Shown here piece after piece: positions 10,598 through 20,184 of a DNA stretch of 64,000 bases. The stretch comes from an uncultured Spirochaetota bacterium (lineage in GTDB: Bacteria > Spirochaetota > Spirochaetia > SZUA-6 > CAVTHK01). The stretch is from NCBI GenBank assembly GCA_963734495.1, contig CAVTHK010000009.1, positions 64,001-128,000 on the forward strand, given 5' to 3'. The notes under the pieces were generated by a model. That model was not told the DNA's origin. It saw nothing but the letters and a program-made list of their open reading frames with translations, and made no database searches. The position numbers and the translations under genes are program-made. The stretch's first letter is position 1. Each line of letters opens with the position of its first letter.

Positions 10598-10760
10598 GGG
10601 CGGGATGGTAGCGGGACGCGGAGGAGGCGTCCAGCGGGCTGCTGCGGCCCCCCGCAGCCCGCCTTGACGGCAAGGCGCCACCCCGTGTAGAGAACTGATA
10701 TCCATCCGAGTCGAGGTGCCGCCGGCGCGGCGTCCTCCCCCGGATCCGAGGCCCACCAGG

Positions 10761-11582
10761 GTGTTGAACTATTATTGGCTGGTTCCGATCGGGTTCGCGG
10801 TCGGCGCCTACGGGACGCTGATCGGGGCGGGCGGTGGCTTCGTGCTGATGCCCATCCTCGTGATCCTCTTCCCCCAGGAGTCTCCTGTCCTGCTGGCGAG
10901 CATCTCGCTCGCCGTGGTCTTTTTCAATGCCCTCTCGGGTTCCATCGCCTATGCCCGCATGAAGCGTGTCGACTACCGGGCCGGGCTGCTGTTCGCCGCG
11001 GCCACCGTACCCGGTGCAATCGCGGGCGCGCTGGTGACACCGTTGGTTTCGCGCAGGGTGTTCGACCTGATCCTGGGAGCGCTGATGGTCTGCGGCGGCA
11101 CTTTCCTCGCCGTTTTCCCCCGAGGCGTGCGCAGAGCCGATGTCGTCGCCACCGCCCAGGGTCGGGTGCACCACGTCGTGACCGACGCCGAGGGGGTGAC
11201 GCACGAGTACTCCTTTAACGCCGTTCTGGGCACGGTCCTCAGCGTGTTCGTCGGCTTCATCTCGAGCTTTCTCGGAATCGGGGGCGGGATCATCCACGTG
11301 CCCATACTCGCCAACGTCCTCTTCTTCCCCGTCCACATCGCCACGGCGACGTCGCATTTCGTGCTGTCGATCATGGCGCTGGTCGGCACGATCGTGCACA
11401 TCGCCGAGGGCGCCTTCAGCCACGGGCTGCGAAGGACGCTTGCGCTGAGCGTCGGCGTGCTGGCAGGGGCGCAGCTTGGCGCATTCCTCTCCAACCGCCT
11501 CAAGGCGGTGTGGATCATCCGCGGCCTCGCCCTCGCCCTGGTCGTGGCGGGCGGCCGTGTTCTCCTGGGGGCCCTGCGCTGA
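10761..11582 (+). CDS. TSUP (TauE/SafE) family transporter
   Basis: GTLIGAGGGFVLMP and FLGIGGGIIHVP repeats, ATATS motif, multiple TM segments. Confidence 0.9.
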   Translation: MLNYYWLVPIGFAVGAYGTLIGAGGGFVLMPILVILFPQESPVLLASISLAVVFFNALSGSIAYARMKRVDYRAGLLFAAATVPGAIAGALVTPLVSRRVFDLILGALMVCGGTFLAVFPRGVRRADVVATAQGRVHHVVTDAEGVTHEYSFNAVLGTVLSVFVGFISSFLGIGGGIIHVPILANVLFFPVHIATATSHFVLSIMALVGTIVHIAEGAFSHGLRRTLALSVGVLAGAQLGAFLSNRLKAVWIIRGLALALVVAGGRVLLGALR

Positions 11583-11657
11583 TGCGCTTCCGCGATCCGC
11601 TGCCGTGCGCGGGCCGCTGACTCCAGCCGTGGCGGGAGCACCCTTCCGCGGCCGGGG

Positions 11658-13244
11658 CTATCCCTCGCCGCTCGTCAGGCCGGCGAGCGCGGTCAGGCTC
11701 ACGCGCTCGTCGGCCACCTGGTCGGGCGTCACGGTGCGGCCCTCGCGCATCAGGCGCTCGAGCGCGGCGAGGTTCCAGCTCATGGCGAAGCTGGCGGCTC
11801 CCACGAGCTCACCCTCGGCGAAGTAGGCGCCGAGAAAGCTGTCGCCGTCCGGGCTGCCGCGCCAGGCGATCCGGTCGTACGCGGCTCCCGCGGCGCCGAT
11901 GTACTTGATCGACGTGTCGCACTGAATGCTCCAGAAGAAGGGAACCTCGCGGTACGCCTCCGAGCTGCCGAGCATCGAGAGCGCCGCGTGGCGGCCCTGC
12001 ATCTGCGCGGAGACCCAGTGCTCGAAGCGCAGGGGCCTCCCGAGTCGGGCGTCGGGCACGGCCGCGATGTCGCCCGCGGCGTAGACGTCCGGGTCGCGCG
12101 TGCGCAGGGTCTCGTCGACGGGCACCGCCCCCGCGTCCGACAGGCCGCTCGCGGCGAGCCATTCGACGCGCGGCTCCGCGCCGACGCCCACGATCACGAG
12201 ATCAGCCGCGAGGCGGCTGCCGTCGGAGAGCAGGACCTCGCGCACCCGCCCCCTGCCCGTGATCTCCGAAACGGTCCGGCCCATGTGGAAGCGCGTGCCC
12301 TTTGCCTCGTGCAGAGCCCGGATCCGCAGCCCGAGCTCGCGGCCGAGCAGCGGCCCGAGGGGAAGCTCCTCCGGGGCGACGACGTCCACATCGAGGCCCC
12401 GGGCGCGGAGGGACGAGGCTGCCTCCAGCCCGATGAACCCCGCGCCCGCGATCACCGCCCGCCGCGCGGGCGCCAGCGCCGCGACGATCCGCTCCGCGTC
12501 GTCGCGGTCGCGCAGGGTCAAGCAGCCGGTCAGCTCCTCGCCGGCGATGCCCAGCCGCCTTGCCCGCGCGCCGGTCGCAACCAGCAGCCGGTCGTAGCGT
12601 AGGCTGCGGCCGCCGTCGAGGCGCAGCACGTGGCGTGCGGGGTCGATGCCCTCGGCGCGCGCGCCCGCGACGACTTCGACAGCCAGGGTGCTGTAGAAGT
12701 CCGCGCCGCGCAGCTGCAGCCGGTCGCGCTCGACCTCGCCCGTCAGGAACCCTTTGGAGAGCTCGGTGCGGTCGTAGGGGAGGTGCCGCTCCGCCGTGAC
12801 CAGGACGATCCGGCCGCCGAACCCGTTTCTCACCAGCGCCTCGACCGCCGCCTCCCCCGCGGCGCCGCCCCCGACGATGGCGAACGTGCGGTCCTCGGTC
12901 GTCGCGCGGGGCGCGAGCTGGAACGGCGCGGGCCGCGCGGGACCCACGAGGATCTCGTCGCCTTCGACCCGGGCCTCGTAGCTTGCGATGTCGTCCAGCG
13001 CCGGGGCGGACTCGACGCGCCCCGTGGCCAGGTCGAAACGCGCGTAGTGCGAGGGGCAGATGATCTCGGTCCCGCTCGTGAGCCCGTCGGAGAGCGGATC
13101 TCCTGAGTGGGGGCACTTGTTGGCGCACACGAAGACCCGCCCGCCCCGCCGGACTGCCAGGAACTGCTTCCCGCCGATCTTTCTCGCCGTCGGCGCGCCC
13201 TCGCGGAGCTCGCTCAGCCGGCACAGCGCCTTCCATTCCGCCAT
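11658..13244 (-). CDS. Rieske ferredoxin fused to FAD-dependent ferredoxin reductase
   Basis: CPHSG...CPSHYARFD Rieske motif, GGGAAG, PYDRTELSK, ATGA, GAGFIGLE, AAGDIA, VPFFWS. Confidence 0.9.
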   Translation of the reverse strand: MAEWKALCRLSELREGAPTARKIGGKQFLAVRRGGRVFVCANKCPHSGDPLSDGLTSGTEIICPSHYARFDLATGRVESAPALDDIASYEARVEGDEILVGPARPAPFQLAPRATTEDRTFAIVGGGAAGEAAVEALVRNGFGGRIVLVTAERHLPYDRTELSKGFLTGEVERDRLQLRGADFYSTLAVEVVAGARAEGIDPARHVLRLDGGRSLRYDRLLVATGARARRLGIAGEELTGCLTLRDRDDAERIVAALAPARRAVIAGAGFIGLEAASSLRARGLDVDVVAPEELPLGPLLGRELGLRIRALHEAKGTRFHMGRTVSEITGRGRVREVLLSDGSRLAADLVIVGVGAEPRVEWLAASGLSDAGAVPVDETLRTRDPDVYAAGDIAAVPDARLGRPLRFEHWVSAQMQGRHAALSMLGSSEAYREVPFFWSIQCDTSIKYIGAAGAAYDRIAWRGSPDGDSFLGAYFAEGELVGAASFAMSWNLAALERLMREGRTVTPDQVADERVSLTALAGLTSGEG

Positions 13245-13393
13245 GGGGCAAAGGTAATCCCGGCACGCCGCAGCCGCCACTGGCACGCGCGCCGATTGCC
13301 GGCCCCCGGGCGCCTTGCCTCCCCGCGGCGCTTTCGCGCGCTTCAGCGCGGTTCTGGACAGCCGCGGACCCCGGCGCCTATTATGGGGCCCCC

Positions 13394-14689
13394 ATGCCCA
13401 AGCTCACGCTCAAGATGGCCGTCGCGTCGCTGCTGCCCCTCTACATCGTCGCGCACTTCGTGCACCACGTGATGACCGCGGTCACCGCGCCGCTGCTGCC
13501 TCTCATCCGCACGAGCTTCGACCTCACGTACGCGCAGGCCGGCCTCGTGCTCTCGGCGTACACCTTCGCCTACGGAGCGGGCCACCTCGCCTCGGGCTGG
13601 ATGATGAGCCGGCTCGGGCCGCGGCTGATGATCACAGCCGGCACCGCCGGCGTCGCGACCTGCGGCCTCGCGATCGGGCTGGCGCCCGGCTTCGCGCTCA
13701 TGGTGGCGCTGCAGTTCCTCATGGGGATCGTGGGCAGCGGGTATCATCCGGCGGCCACGACGCTGATCTCGCTCTCGGTGCCCCGCGAAAGCCGGGGCCA
13801 CGCGCTGGGTCTCCACGTCATCGGAGGGAGCGGCAGCAACCTGGTCACGCCGCTGCTCGCCGGGCTGATCGCCGCCGTCCTGGGCTGGCGCGGCGCCTTT
13901 CTCACGCTGGCCGTGCCGACGATTGCGCTCGGCGTCACGATCTTCGTTCTGCTCGGGCGCTTCACGCCCGGGGCCGCGGGGACGCGGGCCGTCGGGGCGG
14001 AGCAGCGGGAGCCGGAGGAGGCCTCCTGGTTGCGCATCGCGGCCCTGGTGACGCTCTCCTGCTCTGGCGCCGCGCTGGCCGGCGCGGCCATCTCGTTTCT
14101 CCCTCTGCTCGCCACAGACACGCTCGGCGTGCCGGCCGGGGCCGCGGCCGTGGTCGTGGCGGTCGCCAACGCGCCGGGCATCCTCATCTCGCCGCTCGCC
14201 GGCCGGCTGTCGGACCGGCTCGGGAGGGTGCCGCTGCTGATCGGCGTCTCTCTGGCCGCCGCGGCTGTGCTCCCGCTGCTGGCGCGCGTCCCCCACGGCG
14301 CGCTCTTCTACCTGCTCGTGCTGCTGGTGGGGGCCTACGTCTTCGTGCGCATGCCCATCTCGGAGAGCTTTATCCTGGGCGAGGTGGCGGCACGCAGCCG
14401 CCCCGCTTTGCTCGGTTTCTACTACTTCGGGAGCTCGGCGCTCGGCGCGGCCGTCAACCCCGTGGTCGGCCGCCTCGCCGACACCTATGGCTTCCGCGCG
14501 AGCTTCGGGTGGCTGGGCGCCGCGTTCGCCCTGGTGACGCTCGCCTGCGCCGCGGTGTTCCGCATCGAGCGCGGCCGCCGGCCGGCCGCGGCCTCCGCGG
14601 CGCGGGACGGCGCGGCCTCCGCCGCAACCCAGGCCGACGCGGCCTCCGCAGCAACCCGCGACGGCGCCGCGCAGCGTCCCTTGCGCTGA
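13394..14689 (+). CDS. MFS transporter
   Basis: About 12 TM segments, GSGYHPAA, AGRLSDRLGR motif. Confidence 0.9.
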   Translation: MPKLTLKMAVASLLPLYIVAHFVHHVMTAVTAPLLPLIRTSFDLTYAQAGLVLSAYTFAYGAGHLASGWMMSRLGPRLMITAGTAGVATCGLAIGLAPGFALMVALQFLMGIVGSGYHPAATTLISLSVPRESRGHALGLHVIGGSGSNLVTPLLAGLIAAVLGWRGAFLTLAVPTIALGVTIFVLLGRFTPGAAGTRAVGAEQREPEEASWLRIAALVTLSCSGAALAGAAISFLPLLATDTLGVPAGAAAVVVAVANAPGILISPLAGRLSDRLGRVPLLIGVSLAAAAVLPLLARVPHGALFYLLVLLVGAYVFVRMPISESFILGEVAARSRPALLGFYYFGSSALGAAVNPVVGRLADTYGFRASFGWLGAAFALVTLACAAVFRIERGRRPAAASAARDGAASAATQADAASAATRDGAAQRPLR

Positions 14690-14714
14690 GGTCGGGTCGG
14701 CCGCGTTTTCCGCC

Positions 14715-15743
14715 CTACGAAACGATCACGCTCCGCGAGGGTGCCCGGTTCTGCTCGAGCTCTTCCATGACCGCGTTGATCGCCGCAGCCTCGAGGGGGA
14801 CGCGGCCGGTGACGATGCCGGCGAGGTCCAGGGCCCCGCGCGCGGCCATGTCGAGGAGGAGGGGAAGCTCGGAGCGAAGGTGGTCCGACCCGCCGATGAT
14901 CTCAGCCTCCCTCCCGATGAGCTCCCGGTAGGAGTCCACGGGGAAGCTTTCCTGCGTGATCCCGACCAGCACCGCCCTGCCGAACACGGCGAGCATCTGC
15001 ACGGCCTGCCGCATCGTCCGCGGGTTGCCGATGAGCTCGAGCGCGACGTCCACGCCCGCGCCGCCGGTGAGGTCGCGCACCGCTATCACCGGGTCGCCGC
15101 GCCGCGCGTCGACGGGGATCGCGCCGAACCTCTCGGCCTGCGCCAGCCGGTCGGGGTTCACGTCGACCGCGATCACCGCCGAGGCGCCGGACGCGCGGGC
15201 GAGCTGCACCGCGGAGAGCCCGAGCCCTCCGGCGCCGACGACGGCCACGCGCTCGCCCGCGGCGAGGCGCGCCTTGCGCAGCGCGTGGAAGCTGGTGGCG
15301 GTCGAGCACATCATGACGGCGGCGTGCTCGAAGGGGACGGCGTCCGGCACGCGGACGACACTGCGCGCGGGGACGCTGATGAGCTCGGCGTATCCGCCGT
15401 CGACGTGCTTGCCGATCATGCGGCCGGCGACGCAGAACTGCTCGGTGCCGCGGGCGCAGTACTCGCAGCGCCCGCAGGTGAGCATGTAGTGCAGCGCCAC
15501 CCGGTCGCCCGCGGCGAATGCTCCGGCGCGCTCGCCCGCCTTCTCCACGGTACCCGCCACCTCGTGGCCGGGCGTGATGGGCAGCGGGCCCGTCGGCGAC
15601 ACCCCGTTGCGGTAGTGGACGTCCGAATGGCAGATCCCCGCGGCCCGCACGCGCACGAGCACGTCGTCGGGGCCCGGCTGCGGCTCCGGCACCTCGCGGT
15701 CCGCGAGCGGCTTGCGGGTGGCAACGATGCGCACGGCTTTCAT
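14715..15743 (-). CDS. Zinc-binding alcohol dehydrogenase family protein
   Basis: GICHSD, GHEVAG, CGRCEYC..C, GAGGLG. Confidence 0.92.
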   Translation of the reverse strand: MKAVRIVATRKPLADREVPEPQPGPDDVLVRVRAAGICHSDVHYRNGVSPTGPLPITPGHEVAGTVEKAGERAGAFAAGDRVALHYMLTCGRCEYCARGTEQFCVAGRMIGKHVDGGYAELISVPARSVVRVPDAVPFEHAAVMMCSTATSFHALRKARLAAGERVAVVGAGGLGLSAVQLARASGASAVIAVDVNPDRLAQAERFGAIPVDARRGDPVIAVRDLTGGAGVDVALELIGNPRTMRQAVQMLAVFGRAVLVGITQESFPVDSYRELIGREAEIIGGSDHLRSELPLLLDMAARGALDLAGIVTGRVPLEAAAINAVMEELEQNRAPSRSVIVS

Positions 15744-15842
15744 GGCCGGCATTGTACGGGCGCCGCCCGGGGCCGTAAACCCCCTTGCGGGTGATGGCGC
15801 GCCCGGCGCCCTCACGCCGCGCCGCGCTCCCCCGCGCTTTTC

Positions 15843-15856
15843 TTGACCCCGGTCAA
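15843..15856 (+). promoter_or_regulatory. Crp/Fnr-family (HcpR/Fnr-like) binding site
   Basis: Perfect TTGAC-CCCG-GTCAA palindrome. With CACAAT (15879-15884) as the -10, the site centres near -41.5. Confidence 0.65.
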
Positions 15857-15927
15857 TGCAACCCACAGGCAGGCAGGGCACAATAGCGCCCAGGCTGCTG
15901 GCCGGGGCCGCGCCGCGGGGAGGAACG

Positions 15928-16638
15928 ATGGTACGCGAGATCGTGCGGATCGACGAGGACAAGTGCAACGGATGCGGTGAGTGCCTCCCGGGCTGTCACG
16001 AGGGCGCGATCAGGCTCGAGGGCGGCAAGGCGCGCCTCGTGGATGAGCGGATGTGCGACGGCCTCGGCGCCTGCCTGGGCTCGTGCCCGCAGGGGGCGAT
16101 CACGATCGAGCGGCGGGATGCGGCCGAGTTCGACGAGGCGTCGGCGCATCGGCCCGCGGAAGCGGTCGAAGCCGGCTGCCCCGGCTCGCGCGCGCGCTCC
16201 ATGGGCCGCCGGCCCGCCGCGCCGGCCCGGGAGCGTGGCGCGTCGCCGGCCGCGCCGGCGCTGGCAAGCTGGCCGATCCAGCTTCACCTGCTCGGCCCCA
16301 TGGCGCCGTTCCTGCGCGGCGCCGACGTGCTGCTGTGCGCCGACTGCGTCGGATACGCCCTCGGGGGGCTGCCCGGCCGGCTGGCCGAAGGCCGCGCGCT
16401 CGCGATCGCCTGCCCCAAGCTCGACGAAGGGCAGGAGGTCTACCTGGAGAAGCTCGTCGCCATGATCGACCACGCGGGCATCCGCAGCTTGAGCGTGGCG
16501 CGCATGGAGGTGCCCTGCTGCCGCGGCCTGGTCGCGCTGGCGCTCGAGGCGCAGCGGCGGGCGGAGCGCAAGGTGCCGGTCACGGAGACCGTCGTCGGGA
16601 TCGAGGGCGGCATCATCAGCGAAGCGGAACAACGATAG
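15928..16638 (+). CDS. 4Fe-4S dicluster iron-sulfur protein (hcp-associated type)
   Basis: CNGCGECLPGC, CDGLGACLGSCP, GCPGS, WPIQLHL, ADC, ACPKLD, MEVPCC. GGGAGG RBS. Confidence 0.88.
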   Translation: MVREIVRIDEDKCNGCGECLPGCHEGAIRLEGGKARLVDERMCDGLGACLGSCPQGAITIERRDAAEFDEASAHRPAEAVEAGCPGSRARSMGRRPAAPARERGASPAAPALASWPIQLHLLGPMAPFLRGADVLLCADCVGYALGGLPGRLAEGRALAIACPKLDEGQEVYLEKLVAMIDHAGIRSLSVARMEVPCCRGLVALALEAQRRAERKVPVTETVVGIEGGIISEAEQR

Positions 16639-16700
16639 ATAATAGAAGAAGGTCGCCGCGCCGCGCGACGACCTTCCGGCCGCCGCATTATATTCCAGCG

Positions 16701-18278
16701 GTGATCCGTTCGGGGATGCGCTGGCGTCCCGTCGCGGCTGCGGCCGCGGCCGCCTTTGCCCTCAGCGCCCTGCTCACGATGCGCGCCTGGCTGCCTATGG
16801 ACGAGTGGGCGCTGCTCCTGCGCCCCTCGCCGGAGGCGCTGATCGCCGTCGCGGCGGCGGGCGCTGTCGCATTCTTCGCCCGCAGCGTGAGCGCGTTCAC
16901 CTGGGGCCTCGCCGGGGTCCTCGCGCCTCTCGTGCTCTTCGGGGCGGGCGAGGCGATCGCGCGCAACGCCTTCCGCCGATCGCTCGACCTGGTCGCGGAC
17001 GTCGACTACATCCCGGGCCTCTTCGACCTTCTCGGGCACGGCACGTTCGTCGCGAGCCCGCTCTTCTACGTGCCGGTGCTCGCGATCGTCGCCGCCGGAG
17101 TCGTGCTCGGCCTGCGCTGGCTGGTCGCGCTCGTCTCGCGGCCCCGGGGAGCGGCCGCCCTTGCGGCCCCGGGGCTGCTGGTCGCGCTCGCCGTCGCGTT
17201 CGGCGCGGGGCAGTCGCTCGCGGGTCCGCTTGCGGACGCCGTGGCTCGTGCCGATCGGCCGCCGGCGGCGCCGGTCCCGCCCGCGGGCGCGGCCGCTGCC
17301 GCGCAGTCGGGCCTCGGGTTTCCGCGCCTCGGCACGCGCGACGTGCTGTTCTTTACCGTGGAATCCTACGGGCAGACCGTCTTCGCGAAGCCGGAGCACG
17401 CGCGCGTGCTGCTGCCGGTCATGGAGCAGGCGTCGCGGCAGCTCGCCGAAGCCGGCTACCACGTGTACTCGCGTTTCATCGTGTCCCCGGTGTTCGGCGG
17501 CCGGTCGTGGCTCCCCGACGTGACGTTCCTCTCGGGGACGTGGGTCGACAACGAGAAGACGTACTCTTCGCTGCTCGAGAGCGGCGCGGTCTCCATCCCG
17601 AAGCTCTTCGCCCTCGCCGGCTACGAGACGCTCCTGGTCATGCCCGGCACCGTGCACGGCCCGTGGGAGGAGGGGGTGCGCTTCTACGAGTATCACGACG
17701 ACATCAACGGCTGGCAGTTCGGGTACAAGGGGCCCATGTTCTCGTTTGTCCCGGTGCCCGACCAGTACGCCATCGACTACGTGCACCGCAAGTTCATCGC
17801 GCGCTCTCCGCGCGCCCCGCTGTTCGCGCAGTTCACGCTCGTGACCAGCCACGCTCCCTGGAGCCGGATCCCCGCGTACATCGACGACTGGGACCGGCTC
17901 GGCGACGGCTCGATCTACGACAGCGCGCCGAACCTCGTGTTCAACAACGGGTGGGTCCGCGGCGACGCCTACGACGAGGGCTACGCTGCCTCGATCCGCT
18001 ACGACATCAAGGTGCTCACCGAGTACCTGACGCGCTTTCTCCACGGCAGCGAGCTCGTGGTCGTGATGGGCGATCATCAGCCGAAGTACCCGGTCACGCT
18101 CAAAGATGCGCCGTTCACGGTGCCCCTGCACGTCATCAGCCGCGACGAGAAGCTTCTCGCGCCGCTCGCGCGCATGGGCTTCACCCCCGGCCTCGTTCCG
18201 AGTCCGGAGCCGGACCCGCCGCGGATGGACCGCTTCTTCGGGATGTTCCTGGAGCTGGCCAGGGGCACGGCCCCCTGA
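16701..18278 (+). CDS. Membrane-anchored alkaline-phosphatase/sulfatase superfamily protein (LTA-synthase-like)
   Basis: N-terminal TM helices, then VESYG, SPVFGGRSW, TSHAPW, MGDHQP. Confidence 0.8.
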   Translation: MIRSGMRWRPVAAAAAAAFALSALLTMRAWLPMDEWALLLRPSPEALIAVAAAGAVAFFARSVSAFTWGLAGVLAPLVLFGAGEAIARNAFRRSLDLVADVDYIPGLFDLLGHGTFVASPLFYVPVLAIVAAGVVLGLRWLVALVSRPRGAAALAAPGLLVALAVAFGAGQSLAGPLADAVARADRPPAAPVPPAGAAAAAQSGLGFPRLGTRDVLFFTVESYGQTVFAKPEHARVLLPVMEQASRQLAEAGYHVYSRFIVSPVFGGRSWLPDVTFLSGTWVDNEKTYSSLLESGAVSIPKLFALAGYETLLVMPGTVHGPWEEGVRFYEYHDDINGWQFGYKGPMFSFVPVPDQYAIDYVHRKFIARSPRAPLFAQFTLVTSHAPWSRIPAYIDDWDRLGDGSIYDSAPNLVFNNGWVRGDAYDEGYAASIRYDIKVLTEYLTRFLHGSELVVVMGDHQPKYPVTLKDAPFTVPLHVISRDEKLLAPLARMGFTPGLVPSPEPDPPRMDRFFGMFLELARGTAP

Positions 18279-18429
18279 AGCGGCCGACGACGACCCTGCC
18301 TGTGGGGCGCCTGACCTCCGTGCTGTCTGAGCTATCGGTACTTCGGTGTGCCTGAGACAGCAAGTCCCCGCACCACTCTTCTCAACAGCGCCATCGCCAA
18401 CCGTGCCGCCCAGGGCTCTTGGCTCTGGC

Positions 18430-18734
18430 GCCGAGCGACAAGTCGAAGCTCGAGGTCGAGTATCCGCGAAAAGGTCAGCCGCGGCCTCGTGATCCTGCGC
18501 CTGCTCTTCGGCGCGATCTACTGCATCATGCCCGCATTTCTTCTGCATCTTCTTCCGCGTCCTCTGGGGAGCGGTCCTGCAGTTCCTCGCATGGTGGGCG
18601 GTGCTGTTCACGCGGCAGGTACCCGCGACAAGTGGCATGCCTACCAGGTCGGCACGCAGCGGTGGGCGACCCACGTCGGTCTCTACATGGGCTACTACAC
18701 CGACGAGTATCCGAAGTTCTCCGGCAAGGAGTGA
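18430..18734 (+). pseudogene. DUF4389-like membrane protein, 3' part (several frameshifts; 5' half garbled or absent)
   Basis: Fragments across frames: KLEVEYP, SRGLVILRLLFGAIYCI, LAWWAVLFT, YMGYYTDEYPKFSGKE. Confidence 0.6.
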
Positions 18735-18790
18735 CTCCGATATTCGAGAGGGCTCCCGCGGGGAGCCCTCTTTGTATCTTCGGAGTGCCC

Positions 18791-19288
18791 ATGAGCTCAG
18801 TTGAGTTCCGGATCCCGCAGCCCGACGAGGTCACCGAGCGCGAAAAGGAAGACGCGATGGGCGCCTACCTGATGATGTTCGCCGCGCTCGGGATCGGGCT
18901 GCCTCTGCCGCTCGTCAACGTCATCGCCTCGATCATCTACTTCGCCATCAACAGGCGGAAGTCGCGCTTTGTCGCGTTCCACGCGCTGCAGTCGCTGCTC
19001 TCGCAGGTCTTGGTCTCGCTCTTCAATGTCGCCCTGGTCGCCTGGCTGCTGGTGATCCTGTTCACGAACCTCCACTTCTCCGCGGGGTTCTGGGCGTCCC
19101 TGATCGTCGTCGCGGTCATCAACATCGTGCTGATCGTCCTGTCCGTGATCGCGCTGACGAAGGCCCGCAAAGGGCAGTTCTACTACATGCCGTTCTTCGG
19201 GCGGGTCTGCTTTGCCGCCTACTACGGGCCGAAGGCGAAGAGGCTGGACAGGCCGGTGGAGCCGAACCGCCCGCCTCAGGGATTCTAG
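18791..19288 (+). CDS. DUF4870-like membrane protein
   Basis: SRFVAFHALQSL and A.KGQFYYMPFFG motifs, three TM segments. Confidence 0.8.
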   Translation: MSSVEFRIPQPDEVTEREKEDAMGAYLMMFAALGIGLPLPLVNVIASIIYFAINRRKSRFVAFHALQSLLSQVLVSLFNVALVAWLLVILFTNLHFSAGFWASLIVVAVINIVLIVLSVIALTKARKGQFYYMPFFGRVCFAAYYGPKAKRLDRPVEPNRPPQGF

Positions 19289-19305
19289 GAGAAGGAAGGC
19301 GCCCC

Positions 19306-20174
19306 GTGAGCGATCGTCCGCGACCCGGCGGCGCGGCCCGCGGCCTGGCGCGGGAGCTGGTCCTGCTGGCCGCTTTTCTCGCCGTGCTCTTCGCCGTGTC
19401 GCTGCTCATCGTGCGGCTCGCGGCGCCGCGCCCGAGCGGCGCCCCCGGCGCGGGGGAGCCGGGCGCGCTGATGAAGCTCGCCGAGAGCCGGATGCGCGAC
19501 CTGACGATGCGCAGCCTGGAGCCGCAGCTCGTCCACGACCCGGAGGTGACCGGGCCGGTCAAGGCGATCGGCGATCGCGTGTTCGCCGCGCTCGACGGGC
19601 CGGGCGCGGCGGGCGGCCGCGACGCGCCGACCCTGGTCGTGCTCGACACGAACACGGTCAACGCGTTCACGCTTCCGGGAGGCGTGATCGTCGTGTGCGC
19701 GGGGCTGCTCCGCTCGCTGGGCTCCGCCGAGGAGCTCGCGGCCGTGGTTGCGCACGAGGCCGGACACGTCGTGAACCACGACGTGAGCCGGACCATGGCG
19801 CGGCAGGTGGGCCTCTCCGCCTCTTCTCGCTGTTCGGCGGCCGCGAGACCGAGGTCCTCGTCCAGCGGCTCCTCGGCGAGCTCATCAATCAGCGCTATTC
19901 CCGCGAGGTCGAGGCGAAGGCCGACGACGCCGCTCTCCGGTTCCTCGAGCGCGCGGACATCGATCCCGGTGCCCTGGCCGACGCGTTCGGCCGGCTGGAG
20001 AGCGCGGGCGAGAAGGCGCCGAAGAACGTGCTCAAGTACCTCGAGAGCCACCCGGACCTCGAAAGCCGGATCGCCCGGGCCCGCGAGGCCTCGCGCGAGG
20101 CCTCGCTCCGGCACGCCGGTCCGTGGAGGCCCTTCGACCCCGGGCTCTGGAAAGAGATCCGCGCCGCGCTGTAG
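19306..20174 (+). CDS. M48 family zinc metallopeptidase (frameshift near 19820)
   Basis: VNAFTLPGG, ELAAVVAHEAGH; in the second frame YSREVEAKAD and SHPD. Confidence 0.87.
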
Positions 20175-20184
20175 AAGCTTCGCC

